The notes below the pieces were generated by a model. That model saw only the letters and a list, made by a program, of their open reading frames with translations. It was not told the DNA's origin and ran no database searches. Position numbers and translations under genes: made by a program. From positions 160,001-224,000 of the IMG/VR virus record IMGVR_UViG_3300043754_000129: 64,000 nucleotides of DNA; one strand, given 5' to 3'. The DNA is from a virus (taxonomy: Duplodnaviria > Caudoviricetes). Below, piece after piece: positions 10,441 to 19,626 of the stretch. Within the stretch, counting starts at the first letter, position 1; each line of letters starts with the position of its first letter.

Positions 10441-10497
10441 AGGCCCAAGGCTATCCGCTAAGCAATTTTATGCTTAGTGGGGCCTTGGGCCTCTTTT
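10441..10497 (+). terminator. long intergenic hairpin between tail-fibre genes
   Basis: AGGCCCAAGGC/GCCTTGGGCCT outer stem plus CCGCTAAGCA/TGCTTAGTGG inner stem, followed by CTTTT. Confidence 0.6.
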
Positions 10498-10519
10498 GCT
10501 GGTTACTCAGGAATTAACA

Positions 10520-11992
10520 ATGAGCACATCGAACTTAACGCTTCCGCTGGATCCGACGGGTTCGGCGTCTGCGAACTTGATTCAAAACGAAGCCCATGCA
10601 ATCGGGGCGACGGGCACGCGGGCATTCCCCGTGCATTACGGTCTGTTCTTCCGCGACTCGGTGTCCGTGGTCGACGTGGCAACAGGCAAGACCCTCACGG
10701 AAGGTACGCAGTACTACCCGACTCAGATGGACCTGGCAGCGTCCCTCCAGTACGGGCAAGAGTTGGATTCGGTCATCATCATCACCGACACCACGGTCTC
10801 GGCCAATGTGACGGTTTCGTACCAAGCGCTTGGTGGTGTGAACAGTCTGAACTCGCAAGAAGCGCAGACTGAGATCAACGCGCTGAATATCGACGACGCC
10901 GTCGTGGCGTGGGCGGACGTGACGAATAAGCCCAAGGACTATCCGCCGGGCGCGCACTATCACCAAGCCGGTGACGTGTTTGGCCTCGAGTACATCGTGG
11001 CGGCTATCAATCGCTTGGCGGCTGCAATCACGGAAGGCCAGGGCGCTGCACAAAACGCACTGATGCAGTATGCGGAAGATGTCGTGGCGGAGATGGCAGG
11101 GATCGTGGCAACGGGGCAGGCAACGCTGAATGCCCACTTCACGGACTACACGAATCCGCACAAGACCACCGCAGCTCAGATCGGAGCATACACGACTGAG
11201 CAAACGACGGCAGCGATCTCCGCGGAAACGCTGAGCCGTCAGCAAGCGGACACGGCGATTACGTCCACGCTCAATACGCACATCGCCAACCACAACAACC
11301 CTCACCAGCTCACGCCAGCTCAGGTGGGTGGGATGACGCAGGCTCAGTCCGATGCGGCAATGGCTGCAATGTCGGCGGCACTGGAAGTGAACATCCAGGC
11401 CAACGAGACGACTCAGAACGCGCACATCACGAACTACAGTAACCCGCACCAGGTGACTGCTGCCCAAATCGGCACGTGGACGGTCTCGCAGATTACCGCG
11501 GCGATCTCGAACTCGGTCGGCACCATCCAGAACCAGGTCAATGCGTACGAAGCGCTGCTCGACTCGCACCTGGCCAACACGAGTAATCCCCACAAGGATA
11601 CCGTGACCAACATTGGTACCTGGACGCAGACGGCCATCCAGTCGGGGATCGTGAATCCGTACACGGCACACGTGACGAATACGGCCAACCCGCACCAGGA
11701 CGTGTACTCGAACATCGTGACGTCGAACGTGGATAGCTCGGGCGTCTATAGCGCCACGACCATGAGTACGGCGATTACGAACGCGTACAACAGCATCATC
11801 GCGCAGATCTCCTCGCTGAACAGCACGGTGTCAAGCCACACGGGTAACTTCAATAACCCGCACGGCGATAACGTCTCGAACACGGGTGGTGCCTACACGG
11901 CCGGCCAGCTGGCTTACGCGATCAGTCTCTTGCAGGGTCCGGGTGGGAGCGCGGCGAACGCGATCAACTACCTGGCGAGCATCCACAACTAA
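10520..11992 (+). CDS. tail fibre-like paralogue with NPH repeats
   Basis: LPLDPTG N-terminal module; 6 Hxx(N/D)xxNPH repeats. Confidence 0.75.
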   Translation: MSTSNLTLPLDPTGSASANLIQNEAHAIGATGTRAFPVHYGLFFRDSVSVVDVATGKTLTEGTQYYPTQMDLAASLQYGQELDSVIIITDTTVSANVTVSYQALGGVNSLNSQEAQTEINALNIDDAVVAWADVTNKPKDYPPGAHYHQAGDVFGLEYIVAAINRLAAAITEGQGAAQNALMQYAEDVVAEMAGIVATGQATLNAHFTDYTNPHKTTAAQIGAYTTEQTTAAISAETLSRQQADTAITSTLNTHIANHNNPHQLTPAQVGGMTQAQSDAAMAAMSAALEVNIQANETTQNAHITNYSNPHQVTAAQIGTWTVSQITAAISNSVGTIQNQVNAYEALLDSHLANTSNPHKDTVTNIGTWTQTAIQSGIVNPYTAHVTNTANPHQDVYSNIVTSNVDSSGVYSATTMSTAITNAYNSIIAQISSLNSTVSSHTGNFNNPHGDNVSNTGGAYTAGQLAYAISLLQGPGGSAANAINYLASIHN

Positions 11993-12003
11993 GAGTAGCT
12001 GAC

Positions 12004-13410
12004 ATGATTCCAAACATCTATCGTTACCCGCTGGATTTGACGGGTACCAGTCGGAGCAATTACGTCACCGGGGAGAACCAGAGCATCGGCACGTCCACGG
12101 TGCGCGCAATTGCGCCGAACGCAGGTGCCTTCTTCGGGAAGTCGATTCAGATTCTGGATCGGGCCTCGAACCTGACGCTGAACGATACGCAGTACTCGTT
12201 CCAGTTTCTGCATGAAGAGCTTACCATCAAGTCGGGTCTGGAAGTGTGGGGCATCTTGCTCATCACGGATCCGTCGGTGTCGGCCAATATCTCGCTGTCT
12301 TATCAGGCCGTGGGTGGACCGATCGCGGGCAACTACTCGACGATGGCGGCTGAGATTGCCACGCTCCAGTTGGATTCGCGTGCGGTGGCGTTTCGCAACA
12401 TCACGGGCTTTCCGGATACGGTCAAGCCGGTGCCGCACATGCACTGGGTGGGCGACACGTACGACTGGGACTACATCGTCAATGCGCTGGAGCTCTGCCT
12501 GAACGCGATGACGCTCTCGGAAGCCGCGTCGTACGACACGGTGCTCACGTACATCGATCAGCAGAAGGGTCTGTACACGACCCAGATCGCAGGCTTGGCG
12601 GCGCAGCTTGCCGCGCACATTGCCAACTACAACAATCCGCACCAGACGACGCTTCTTCAGGTCGACGCGTATTCGAGCAGCCAGGTCGATAGCCTGATTG
12701 CCACCGAGACGACGAACCGGATTGCGGCAGATGCGGTGGTGAACAATGCAATCCAGGCGCATGCAACGTGTTACCACAACCCGCACGTGGATACGGCTGA
12801 CGACATCGGCGGCTACAGCACGAGCGAAACGGACGCGAACCTGAATGCAGTGAAGGCCGCACTCAATGCGCAGATGACGTCGGATGCCAATGCGATGGCG
12901 GCCCACATCGGCAACACGAACAACCCGCACAAGGTCACGCTCGATCAGCTGAATGGTTACACCACGCAGCAGATCAACACCGCGATCTCGAACGGCGTGT
13001 CGCCTGTGGCTACGCAGCTGGCCAATGACACCACGCAGATGAACGCGCACATTGCCAATACGAACAATCCTCACCAAACGACGATTGCCCAGATTGGTGC
13101 ATGGGACAATGCGAGCATCAACACGCTCAACACGAACGTGGCGAATCACATCGTGAACACGAGCAACCCACACGGCGTAACGGCCGCGCAGGCGAGCACG
13201 TGGACGTCGGCCCAGATCTCGGCCCAGATCGCCAACGCGTACACCACGCCGGTGACGACTGCGCTCAATAGCCAAGCCAACGTGATCAACGGCCACATCG
13301 GCAACCGGAGCAATCCGCACAATGTGACCGTGGCACAAATCGGTGGGTGGACGTATGCGCAGTGGCTGGCCACGGGTCAGGCTCAGCAGAACGCGAACTC
13401 GTACCACTAA
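12004..13410 (+). CDS. tail fibre-like paralogue with NPH repeats
   Basis: YPLDLTG..N.V.GE module; 6 NPH repeats. Confidence 0.75.
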   Translation: MIPNIYRYPLDLTGTSRSNYVTGENQSIGTSTVRAIAPNAGAFFGKSIQILDRASNLTLNDTQYSFQFLHEELTIKSGLEVWGILLITDPSVSANISLSYQAVGGPIAGNYSTMAAEIATLQLDSRAVAFRNITGFPDTVKPVPHMHWVGDTYDWDYIVNALELCLNAMTLSEAASYDTVLTYIDQQKGLYTTQIAGLAAQLAAHIANYNNPHQTTLLQVDAYSSSQVDSLIATETTNRIAADAVVNNAIQAHATCYHNPHVDTADDIGGYSTSETDANLNAVKAALNAQMTSDANAMAAHIGNTNNPHKVTLDQLNGYTTQQINTAISNGVSPVATQLANDTTQMNAHIANTNNPHQTTIAQIGAWDNASINTLNTNVANHIVNTSNPHGVTAAQASTWTSAQISAQIANAYTTPVTTALNSQANVINGHIGNRSNPHNVTVAQIGGWTYAQWLATGQAQQNANSYH

Positions 13411-13425
13411 AGGAAGAAGAGAAAC

Positions 13426-15912
13426 ATGTCAACCTTGACTTTGCCGCTTGACCCCACAGGGAAGGCGACAACGAACGACATCACGGGGGAGCTCCAGAAC
13501 ATCGGAACCAACCCGGTACGAGCGTTTGCCACGAACTATGGCGCGTTCTTCGCCTCGAGCCTGGTCCTGGTGGATACGGCTTCGGGGAAGACCCTGACGT
13601 CGAGCCAGTACTTCACGGCGGTGGTCTATGACTTGGCGACGGCAAAGTACGGCGTCGCAGTCAACGACACGATCGTGGGGATTGTGGTCATCACCGATGC
13701 AACGGTCGGCAATACGATCCGCGCCAGCTATCAGGCGTTGGGTGGTGGCTATCAGACGTCGCTCAGCGCGCTCGCCAATGACCTGATTGGTTATGAGCCG
13801 GCATCGCGTCCGACGGCGTGGCCGAGTGTGATCGACGCACTCTCGACGACCCCGGCTTCGCAGGCCCTGCACGACGCGGGTCAGGCAGGCATGATCACGT
13901 TTGAATACGTGGTGCATGCGATCGACCGGCTCATGCAGTTGGCGATCATGGGCGACCCGATCTCGCAGATGGCGGTGCAGGCCTACGCGAATGCGATGGA
14001 GACGAATCAGCTGGCAGGTTTGAACGCCGTGCTGGCCAATCTCTACACGCACGAAGCGAACCAGGCCAATCCGCACCGGGTGACGGCAGCGCAACTGGGT
14101 GCTTATACCACGGCCCAGCAAGATGCCGCGATCCAGGTCGAAGCCACCAATCGCACGACGGAAGACAACCAGCTGACGGCGACGCTTACCGCCCACACGA
14201 CGAACTACAACAACCCCCACCAGGTCACACTGGCGGAGCTGGGGATGTACTCGTCGGCGACGGTGAACAGCAACATCACGGCCGCGCAAACCGCGCTTCA
14301 GGCGACGTTGGCGACCAATGCTGCTGCGGTCGGTACGCACATCAACAACTTCAACAATCCCCACAACGACACCACGACGAACCTGGGGACGTTGACGGTT
14401 TCGCAGATCCAGACGGCCATCGCTAATGCCACCACGGCGGTTGCGAATAACGCCACGACTGCGAACACGACGTTGAGCTCGCACACGGGCAACTTCAACA
14501 ATCCGCATGCGGTCACGCCGGCGCAGATTGGTACGTGGACGGCGAGTGCTCTGACGACGTTGCAGACGACGCTCACCAACCACATCTCGAATTACAGCAA
14601 TCCGCACCATGTGAACATCTCGCAGATTGCGGGCCTGACGGTGAACCAGTTCAACGCAGCTTTGTCGGCAGCCCAGACGAGCATGCAGAACTACTACAAC
14701 AGCAACTACAGCGCCATTGTCAACCACATCAACAACGGGAATAACCCTCACGGGGATTCCGCGCAGGCGATGGGGGCACTGGGGCCGTGGAACCTGGGGA
14801 CACTCGAAAACGATTTGAACTCGTGGCAGACGTCGATCAACAACTCGGGCTATCCGTACTCCGAGCGCGGTACGCAGTACTTCGACGTGAACTACACGGG
14901 CGCGATTCAGGCGAACTTCCAGCGCGACGTCTTGATCTATCGGGGCACCTCCCCAACGATCACGGGCGGGTGCTACACCTGTACCGGTGCCTTCCAGCAA
15001 GCCGGTGCACCTGGTGGTGGGGTGATCATCGGCTTCTTCCGTTCGGGCAATGTGCTCACGCTCATTATCCACAACGGCTCGCTCGATGGCACGACCTTCT
15101 CGACGAGTAACGGCGATAACGTCACGCTCTCGAATGGTTGGTCGGACAGTTGGTTTGGTTCGGCAGGCAACCTGTACACGGCGTACGGGGCCAACAGTCA
15201 GTTGGGCCAGGCATCACGTGATGGTTACTGGCACGCCACGGGCTTCTCGGGTCAGGGTCAACCGCCGGCCGGTTACGTGAACGGCGCGGCTCCGCCTCCG
15301 CCGACTTCGGGCGGTGGTCAAACTTGCCACAACATCAGCTGCTTCATTGCGGGCACCAAGGTCCTGATGGCGGACTACAGCTGGAAGGAAATCCAGTTGC
15401 TCGAACCGGGTGACATGCTCATGTCGCCGACGGGTCCGGCGAAGATGCTGCGCCTGCACCAGGCTATCCTGGGTACGGGTCGCGCGATGCTGACCATGAA
15501 GGAAGATCCGTCCACGCAGTGGGTGGCCGATCACCCACTCTGGTCGCGTAACGCAGAAGGCAAGCAATGGTGGTGGTCGGGTGACGCACCGTACATGCGT
15601 TCGGAAGTCGATCAGGGCTTGACCGCGGGTCTGAAGGACATCCACTCGGTGTTCGAAGACGAAGTGGAATACGCTCACCTCGATGGCTTCGTGAAGCGTA
15701 CGATCGTCGAGACGCCAGCCGATCCGAACACACCGGTGTACATTCCGGTGCTCGAAGGTCCGCCGTGTATCGTCAACGGCTATGTGGCTGCGGCGTTCTT
15801 CAACGAGTGGGAGTACGACTACACCCAACTCGATTGGCTCAAGCACGCTCAGGCTCACAAGGCTGGTGCGCTCATTGCCAACGCAGAACTCCGGGCGATT
15901 GCGCCTAAGTAA
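13426..15912 (+). CDS. tail fibre-like paralogue with C-terminal Hint (hedgehog/intein-like) domain
   Basis: LPLDPTG module and 6 NPH repeats; from codon 639 reads CFIAGTKVLMADYSWKEIQLLEPGDMLMS...ADHPLW...VYIPVLEG..CIVNGY. Confidence 0.75.
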   Translation: MSTLTLPLDPTGKATTNDITGELQNIGTNPVRAFATNYGAFFASSLVLVDTASGKTLTSSQYFTAVVYDLATAKYGVAVNDTIVGIVVITDATVGNTIRASYQALGGGYQTSLSALANDLIGYEPASRPTAWPSVIDALSTTPASQALHDAGQAGMITFEYVVHAIDRLMQLAIMGDPISQMAVQAYANAMETNQLAGLNAVLANLYTHEANQANPHRVTAAQLGAYTTAQQDAAIQVEATNRTTEDNQLTATLTAHTTNYNNPHQVTLAELGMYSSATVNSNITAAQTALQATLATNAAAVGTHINNFNNPHNDTTTNLGTLTVSQIQTAIANATTAVANNATTANTTLSSHTGNFNNPHAVTPAQIGTWTASALTTLQTTLTNHISNYSNPHHVNISQIAGLTVNQFNAALSAAQTSMQNYYNSNYSAIVNHINNGNNPHGDSAQAMGALGPWNLGTLENDLNSWQTSINNSGYPYSERGTQYFDVNYTGAIQANFQRDVLIYRGTSPTITGGCYTCTGAFQQAGAPGGGVIIGFFRSGNVLTLIIHNGSLDGTTFSTSNGDNVTLSNGWSDSWFGSAGNLYTAYGANSQLGQASRDGYWHATGFSGQGQPPAGYVNGAAPPPPTSGGGQTCHNISCFIAGTKVLMADYSWKEIQLLEPGDMLMSPTGPAKMLRLHQAILGTGRAMLTMKEDPSTQWVADHPLWSRNAEGKQWWWSGDAPYMRSEVDQGLTAGLKDIHSVFEDEVEYAHLDGFVKRTIVETPADPNTPVYIPVLEGPPCIVNGYVAAAFFNEWEYDYTQLDWLKHAQAHKAGALIANAELRAIAPK

Positions 15913-15914
15913 GT

Positions 15915-15946
15915 TGAGCCAGGGGGCAACCCCTGGCTTTTATTTT
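15915..15946 (+). terminator. intrinsic terminator after the Hint-fibre gene
   Basis: AGCCAGGGG-GCAA-CCCCTGGCT then TTTATTTT. Confidence 0.75.
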
Positions 15947-15955
15947 GGACACGCC

Positions 15956-16723
15956 ATGAGCTCCCCAACCATCGAAGAGATTCGCATGACCTTCTTCAAT
16001 TACGATAAGCCCTCGAAGCAGATCCTGAGCGATCTGATCTTTGCCTCGAATGGCTTTCGACTTCCCAGCACGGGAGTCACTTACGGTACGCCTGTCGCAG
16101 TCCCGGGTCCCTCGGGCTACTACAGCTACCTGAATACCGGGATCGAGGTGTCGATTCCCTACGCTCCGGGCGTGCAGAACTACGGCAAGCAGACATTCTT
16201 CTACAGCCGGCTGAACCTGGGTAATGCGGCACCCGTGGCGAACGCGGTTCCGATTGTGGTGACAGCCTACCCGACGGACACCTACACGCTGCTCCCCCAG
16301 ATCAATGCCTACTACGGCTTGCAACTGGGTCAGGACGATGTGGTCAATGTCACGTATGCGGACAACACGGCGGACTTCCTCGTGACCGCTGCGGCAGGAT
16401 CGCTTGTCTGGACGCCAGCAACGGCCTTGGACGTCACGACGGTGGTCAGTGGTGCCACAGGTGCTGGTGGTCACGGCACAGGCACACAGGTCGGCTGGAC
16501 GGGTCTGGGACAGGGTTCCAGTGGCGTCGCACCGAGCGATGGAACCTCGGGCGGCGGCAGTGGCTCCGACGGTACGGGTTCCGGTGGCTCGGGCAGTGGG
16601 GGTTCTGGCTCCGGCTCGGGTGGCTCGGGTTCGGACGGCACCGATCCCATCCTCGGCGTGGAGTGGATTCCCAACGGCGAGTCGGGTGTGCAAGACCTCT
16701 CGATTACCACCGACGGCAGTTAA
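15956..16723 (+). CDS. putative virion structural protein with Gly/Ser-rich C-terminal linker
   Basis: FFYSRLNL..LLPQINAYYGLQL..DDVVN motif region, then GSGGSG low-complexity sequence. Confidence 0.6.
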   Translation: MSSPTIEEIRMTFFNYDKPSKQILSDLIFASNGFRLPSTGVTYGTPVAVPGPSGYYSYLNTGIEVSIPYAPGVQNYGKQTFFYSRLNLGNAAPVANAVPIVVTAYPTDTYTLLPQINAYYGLQLGQDDVVNVTYADNTADFLVTAAAGSLVWTPATALDVTTVVSGATGAGGHGTGTQVGWTGLGQGSSGVAPSDGTSGGGSGSDGTGSGGSGSGGSGSGSGGSGSDGTDPILGVEWIPNGESGVQDLSITTDGS

Positions 16724-16727
16724 GCAC

Positions 16728-16768
16728 GCGGCATAAAGGCCCGGGGTGACCCGGGCTCCTATGCCGTC
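16728..16768. terminator. GCGGCATA-hairpin-TATGCCGTC element
   Basis: Between convergent genes. Confidence 0.7.
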
Positions 16769-16944
16769 AACTTCAGTGGCAGTACGTTACGTCGAACCAG
16801 CAGTACAACACGATCGAGATAACCGAAAGGATCACTGTCATTTCAGCGAACTCCTCGGCCGAGATAGCGCGATGGGAAAACGGATCCTCAGGATTCTCTT
16901 TCGCCATCCACCAGTCACAAAAACGTACGTAGGCTTTCCACATG

Positions 16945-18150
16945 TCAGAAGGTTACCTGGTCAGGACAGATCACGGGATGCGTGAACTGGAAGCCCATGC
17001 CCATGATGTTCGAGCCTTGAGCCGGGTTGTTCACGAAGTAGTACTGGGAGCCATACGGGCCACCCTGTGCAATCGGAATCATCTTCGGGGACTTCTCACC
17101 AGCAGCCGCGAGTTGGTTGAGTTCCGCACCGGTCAGGTAGCCGCGACCAATCGAGAGGTGCAGAAGGCGCACACCCATCGTCTTAGCCAACTGCTCGACC
17201 TTGGAGTTAAACTCCTGGATCTCTTCCACACCTACCACCAGCTTGCTCTCGTCCGGTTCACTGCGCACTTCCCCGTCCTTCGTGGGTGCGTAGATCTCGT
17301 CCGAGGGCACCATGTCCGGATGGAGTGGCACGCCACCCAATTCCGGCCACGCAGCCGTCCACTCCTTGTTGCTCTCGGTAGCAGGCTTCGTACCCGTCAC
17401 GTCGCCATCCGGCTTCGCCCCGTCGACCTTCTGTTCGGGATCCGGCTTCTGCGAGTCACGGATGTCGTCTTTCGCTGCACCCGAAGTCTTCATCGTGTTC
17501 ACGGCACCCGGGTTCTTGGTGAGGAACATCGTCTCGTACAGTTCACGCAGCTTCGCTTCTTCAGCGGGCAGGCGCTCTCCGTTCTGAGCCTTGATCCATT
17601 CTTCACCTTCGATCGGGAATTCCGGAATGCCGATGTCACGCGGAGCATCAGCAGGGATTTCCAAATCGAGCTTGACCCATGGATGGTAGCCACCACCGGG
17701 TTTCAAGAACGCGTCCACTTCCCACTTCAGGTCAGAGCCCGGAATGGAATACGTGTAGCGGTCCTTAATCATGCCGCTTTCAGCCAAGCGCTTGAAGTGC
17801 TCGAACTGATCGGCCGACGACGGGATAGGCACTTCATCATCGCCCTCGCCATCGTTACGCACCTTGGTGGTGAGCACGTACTCGGTCTGACCCAAGTCAC
17901 CGTGATCAAACAGATCCGTCTTGCGAACCCGGATGTCCCCGCGCGCAGCGTTGTTATCCGACTTCGCAATCTTGATCGTCCACTGCTCCTGCCGTTCCTT
18001 GTTATCGGTAGGCGGGAACTCGTAGCCCTCTTTGATACGAGCGTAGAACACGAACTCGCGTTCTTTCAGCGCGGCACCGTCGCTACGTTCTTCGAGAGCG
18101 GGACTCAGTGTCCGGTTCTCGAGTGCCATTGAAAGCAAACAAGGTTCCAT
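16945..18150 (-). CDS. CYTH-like (triphosphate tunnel) domain protein with low-complexity C-terminus
   Basis: N-terminal ExE motif (KEREFVF), IRVRK, YVLTTKV, KDRY, WEVDAF, KLDLEI. Start may be at 18129. Confidence 0.6.
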   Translation of the reverse strand: MEPCLLSMALENRTLSPALEERSDGAALKEREFVFYARIKEGYEFPPTDNKERQEQWTIKIAKSDNNAARGDIRVRKTDLFDHGDLGQTEYVLTTKVRNDGEGDDEVPIPSSADQFEHFKRLAESGMIKDRYTYSIPGSDLKWEVDAFLKPGGGYHPWVKLDLEIPADAPRDIGIPEFPIEGEEWIKAQNGERLPAEEAKLRELYETMFLTKNPGAVNTMKTSGAAKDDIRDSQKPDPEQKVDGAKPDGDVTGTKPATESNKEWTAAWPELGGVPLHPDMVPSDEIYAPTKDGEVRSEPDESKLVVGVEEIQEFNSKVEQLAKTMGVRLLHLSIGRGYLTGAELNQLAAAGEKSPKMIPIAQGGPYGSQYYFVNNPAQGSNIMGMGFQFTHPVICPDQVTF

Positions 18151-18153
18151 GTC

Positions 18154-18651
18154 CTAACCTGTTTCGATGTTGATAAACGCCTCGACACAATCCTTCGCGG
18201 TCTCCAGCAGATTGTGAATCGCTTCGCCTTCCGTGATGACGTTCATGTGGACGGCGGTGACGATAATCACGCCCACGAGAACTGCCAGCATAAAAAACAG
18301 TACGAAGCCCACGAGCCAATAGACCCCAGTGACAAGACTCTTGCTCTGCGTCTTGAGCACGTCGGGATCGTACTCGGTTGGGCTGTCTAAATCTTTGGTC
18401 GCATGCGCGTACCGATTAAGCAGAGAAACCTGCATGACTGGATCGAGTAAAGCGATCGCATCTTTCAGTTCTCGGCCCGTGCTGTCATTGTTGACTTTGG
18501 GGAGGCGATCATCTCGTCCACACTGAAACTGATAGGCTTTCAGCAGTTCGTTGAACGGAGACGGCCCAGCAGGATGCGCACCCATGGTTAGAGTATCGCT
18601 AATTCCCGCCAGAACCGCCTCTAAGAGGTCGCCGTGTTTCGGACGACTCAT
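18154..18651 (-). CDS. membrane protein adjacent to the spanins
   Basis: One long hydrophobic segment VYWLVGFVLFFMLAVLVGVIIVTAV; overlaps the o-spanin stop by 4 nt. Confidence 0.6.
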   Translation of the reverse strand: MSRPKHGDLLEAVLAGISDTLTMGAHPAGPSPFNELLKAYQFQCGRDDRLPKVNNDSTGRELKDAIALLDPVMQVSLLNRYAHATKDLDSPTEYDPDVLKTQSKSLVTGVYWLVGFVLFFMLAVLVGVIIVTAVHMNVITEGEAIHNLLETAKDCVEAFINIETG

Positions 18652-19007
18652 TGCTTAGCCTGTGCTCCGGAAGCCGCCACAGGCGCGCTAGCGCCGTTGG
18701 CTGCGGCAACAGCCGCGGATTGCTGTTCGTACCAGCCGTTGATGTTGTCCTTGTCGATGTTGCAGGTCAACACGTTCTGGGTCTGTTGCTGCCATGCCTG
18801 ACGCCACATGGTCTTTTGCTGGTCGCTGGAAGCGGCCATATAAGTGTCTTTGTCCGGAGGCGGGGACACCGTGGTGTGCGCGGTCAGAAGGCTCGGGAAA
18901 ACCGGCAGGTACATCTGATCGTGATTCACGACCTGGGGCGCGGTTCCGCAAGCGGACAAAGCAAGAGCGGCGCCGGCCAGCACCGCCAAACGAATTACTT
19001 GTTTCAT
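18648..19007 (-). CDS. putative o-spanin (outer-membrane lipoprotein)
   Basis: Signal peptide with lipobox LSAC; Pro-rich periplasmic part; directly downstream of the i-spanin-like gene. Confidence 0.7.
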   Translation of the reverse strand: MKQVIRLAVLAGAALALSACGTAPQVVNHDQMYLPVFPSLLTAHTTVSPPPDKDTYMAASSDQQKTMWRQAWQQQTQNVLTCNIDKDNINGWYEQQSAAVAAANGASAPVAASGAQAKQ

Positions 19008-19056
19008 GATTGTTTCCCCGAGGTCTTCGTTCGTCTTATTCGTAGACTTAAGAAGC

Positions 19057-19626
19057 CTAGTTGTTGGACGCTACCGGGCCGACCACAGCGTCGGTCGACG
19101 AGGCAGCCTTTGCAGGTGCTGCTTTGGCCGGCACTTGCGCGCAGGCTTTCTCGGTCGGAACAGCTGCGCAGAAGGTTTGCCATGCGCCGTCGATATTGGC
19201 TTCATCGAGGTCACGGCTTTCTTGCGTCTGTTGCGCCGGGGTAATCACTTGCGAAGGACCTTGCGGCTGGTACTTCTTGATGATCGTGTTCACGGTATTG
19301 TCGGTGGACGTGGCAATCGCATTGGTCGCATTGGTCGCGTCTTGCTTTTGCTGGACGTCGGTACTCGACACCGTGTTGTTAATCTGCCCCGACTTTTGCA
19401 GCAGATCGTTTTGCTTCTGCAACTTGTCGTTGGCGTCTTTCAGGCCTTGGATCTGCGTGGCGTCACTACCCACGGTTTGTTCCAGGCTGGCGATGTGCTT
19501 GTACTCGAGGTAGGCAGCGGTGCCCAACCCTGCAAAAGCCAAAGCCGCCACGATCCAGATTACGGCTGTCATCGACAGCTTGATCTGGCCGAGACCCGGG
19601 ATCAAATCAACGAGCTTAGACCACAT
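19057..19626 (-). CDS. putative i-spanin
   Basis: N-terminal TM (AVIWIVAALAFAGLGTAAYL), coiled coil, and C-terminal Cys pair (FCAAVPTEKAC). Confidence 0.7.
   Translation of the reverse strand: MWSKLVDLIPGLGQIKLSMTAVIWIVAALAFAGLGTAAYLEYKHIASLEQTVGSDATQIQGLKDANDKLQKQNDLLQKSGQINNTVSSTDVQQKQDATNATNAIATSTDNTVNTIIKKYQPQGPSQVITPAQQTQESRDLDEANIDGAWQTFCAAVPTEKACAQVPAKAAPAKAASSTDAVVGPVASNN

Noticed and set aside
7500-15072. Long minus-strand ORFs (7500-10421, 10535-11695, 11989-13407, 13429-15072)
   Set aside because: Antisense shadows of the tail-fibre genes.
15340-15912. Canonical splicing intein in the tail fibre
   Set aside because: No terminal His-Asn followed by Cys/Ser/Thr and no meaningful C-extein, so it is treated as a cleavage-only Hint domain.
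16480-16640. GGC/TCG-rich low-complexity DNA as a satellite
   Set aside because: It simply encodes a Gly/Ser linker.
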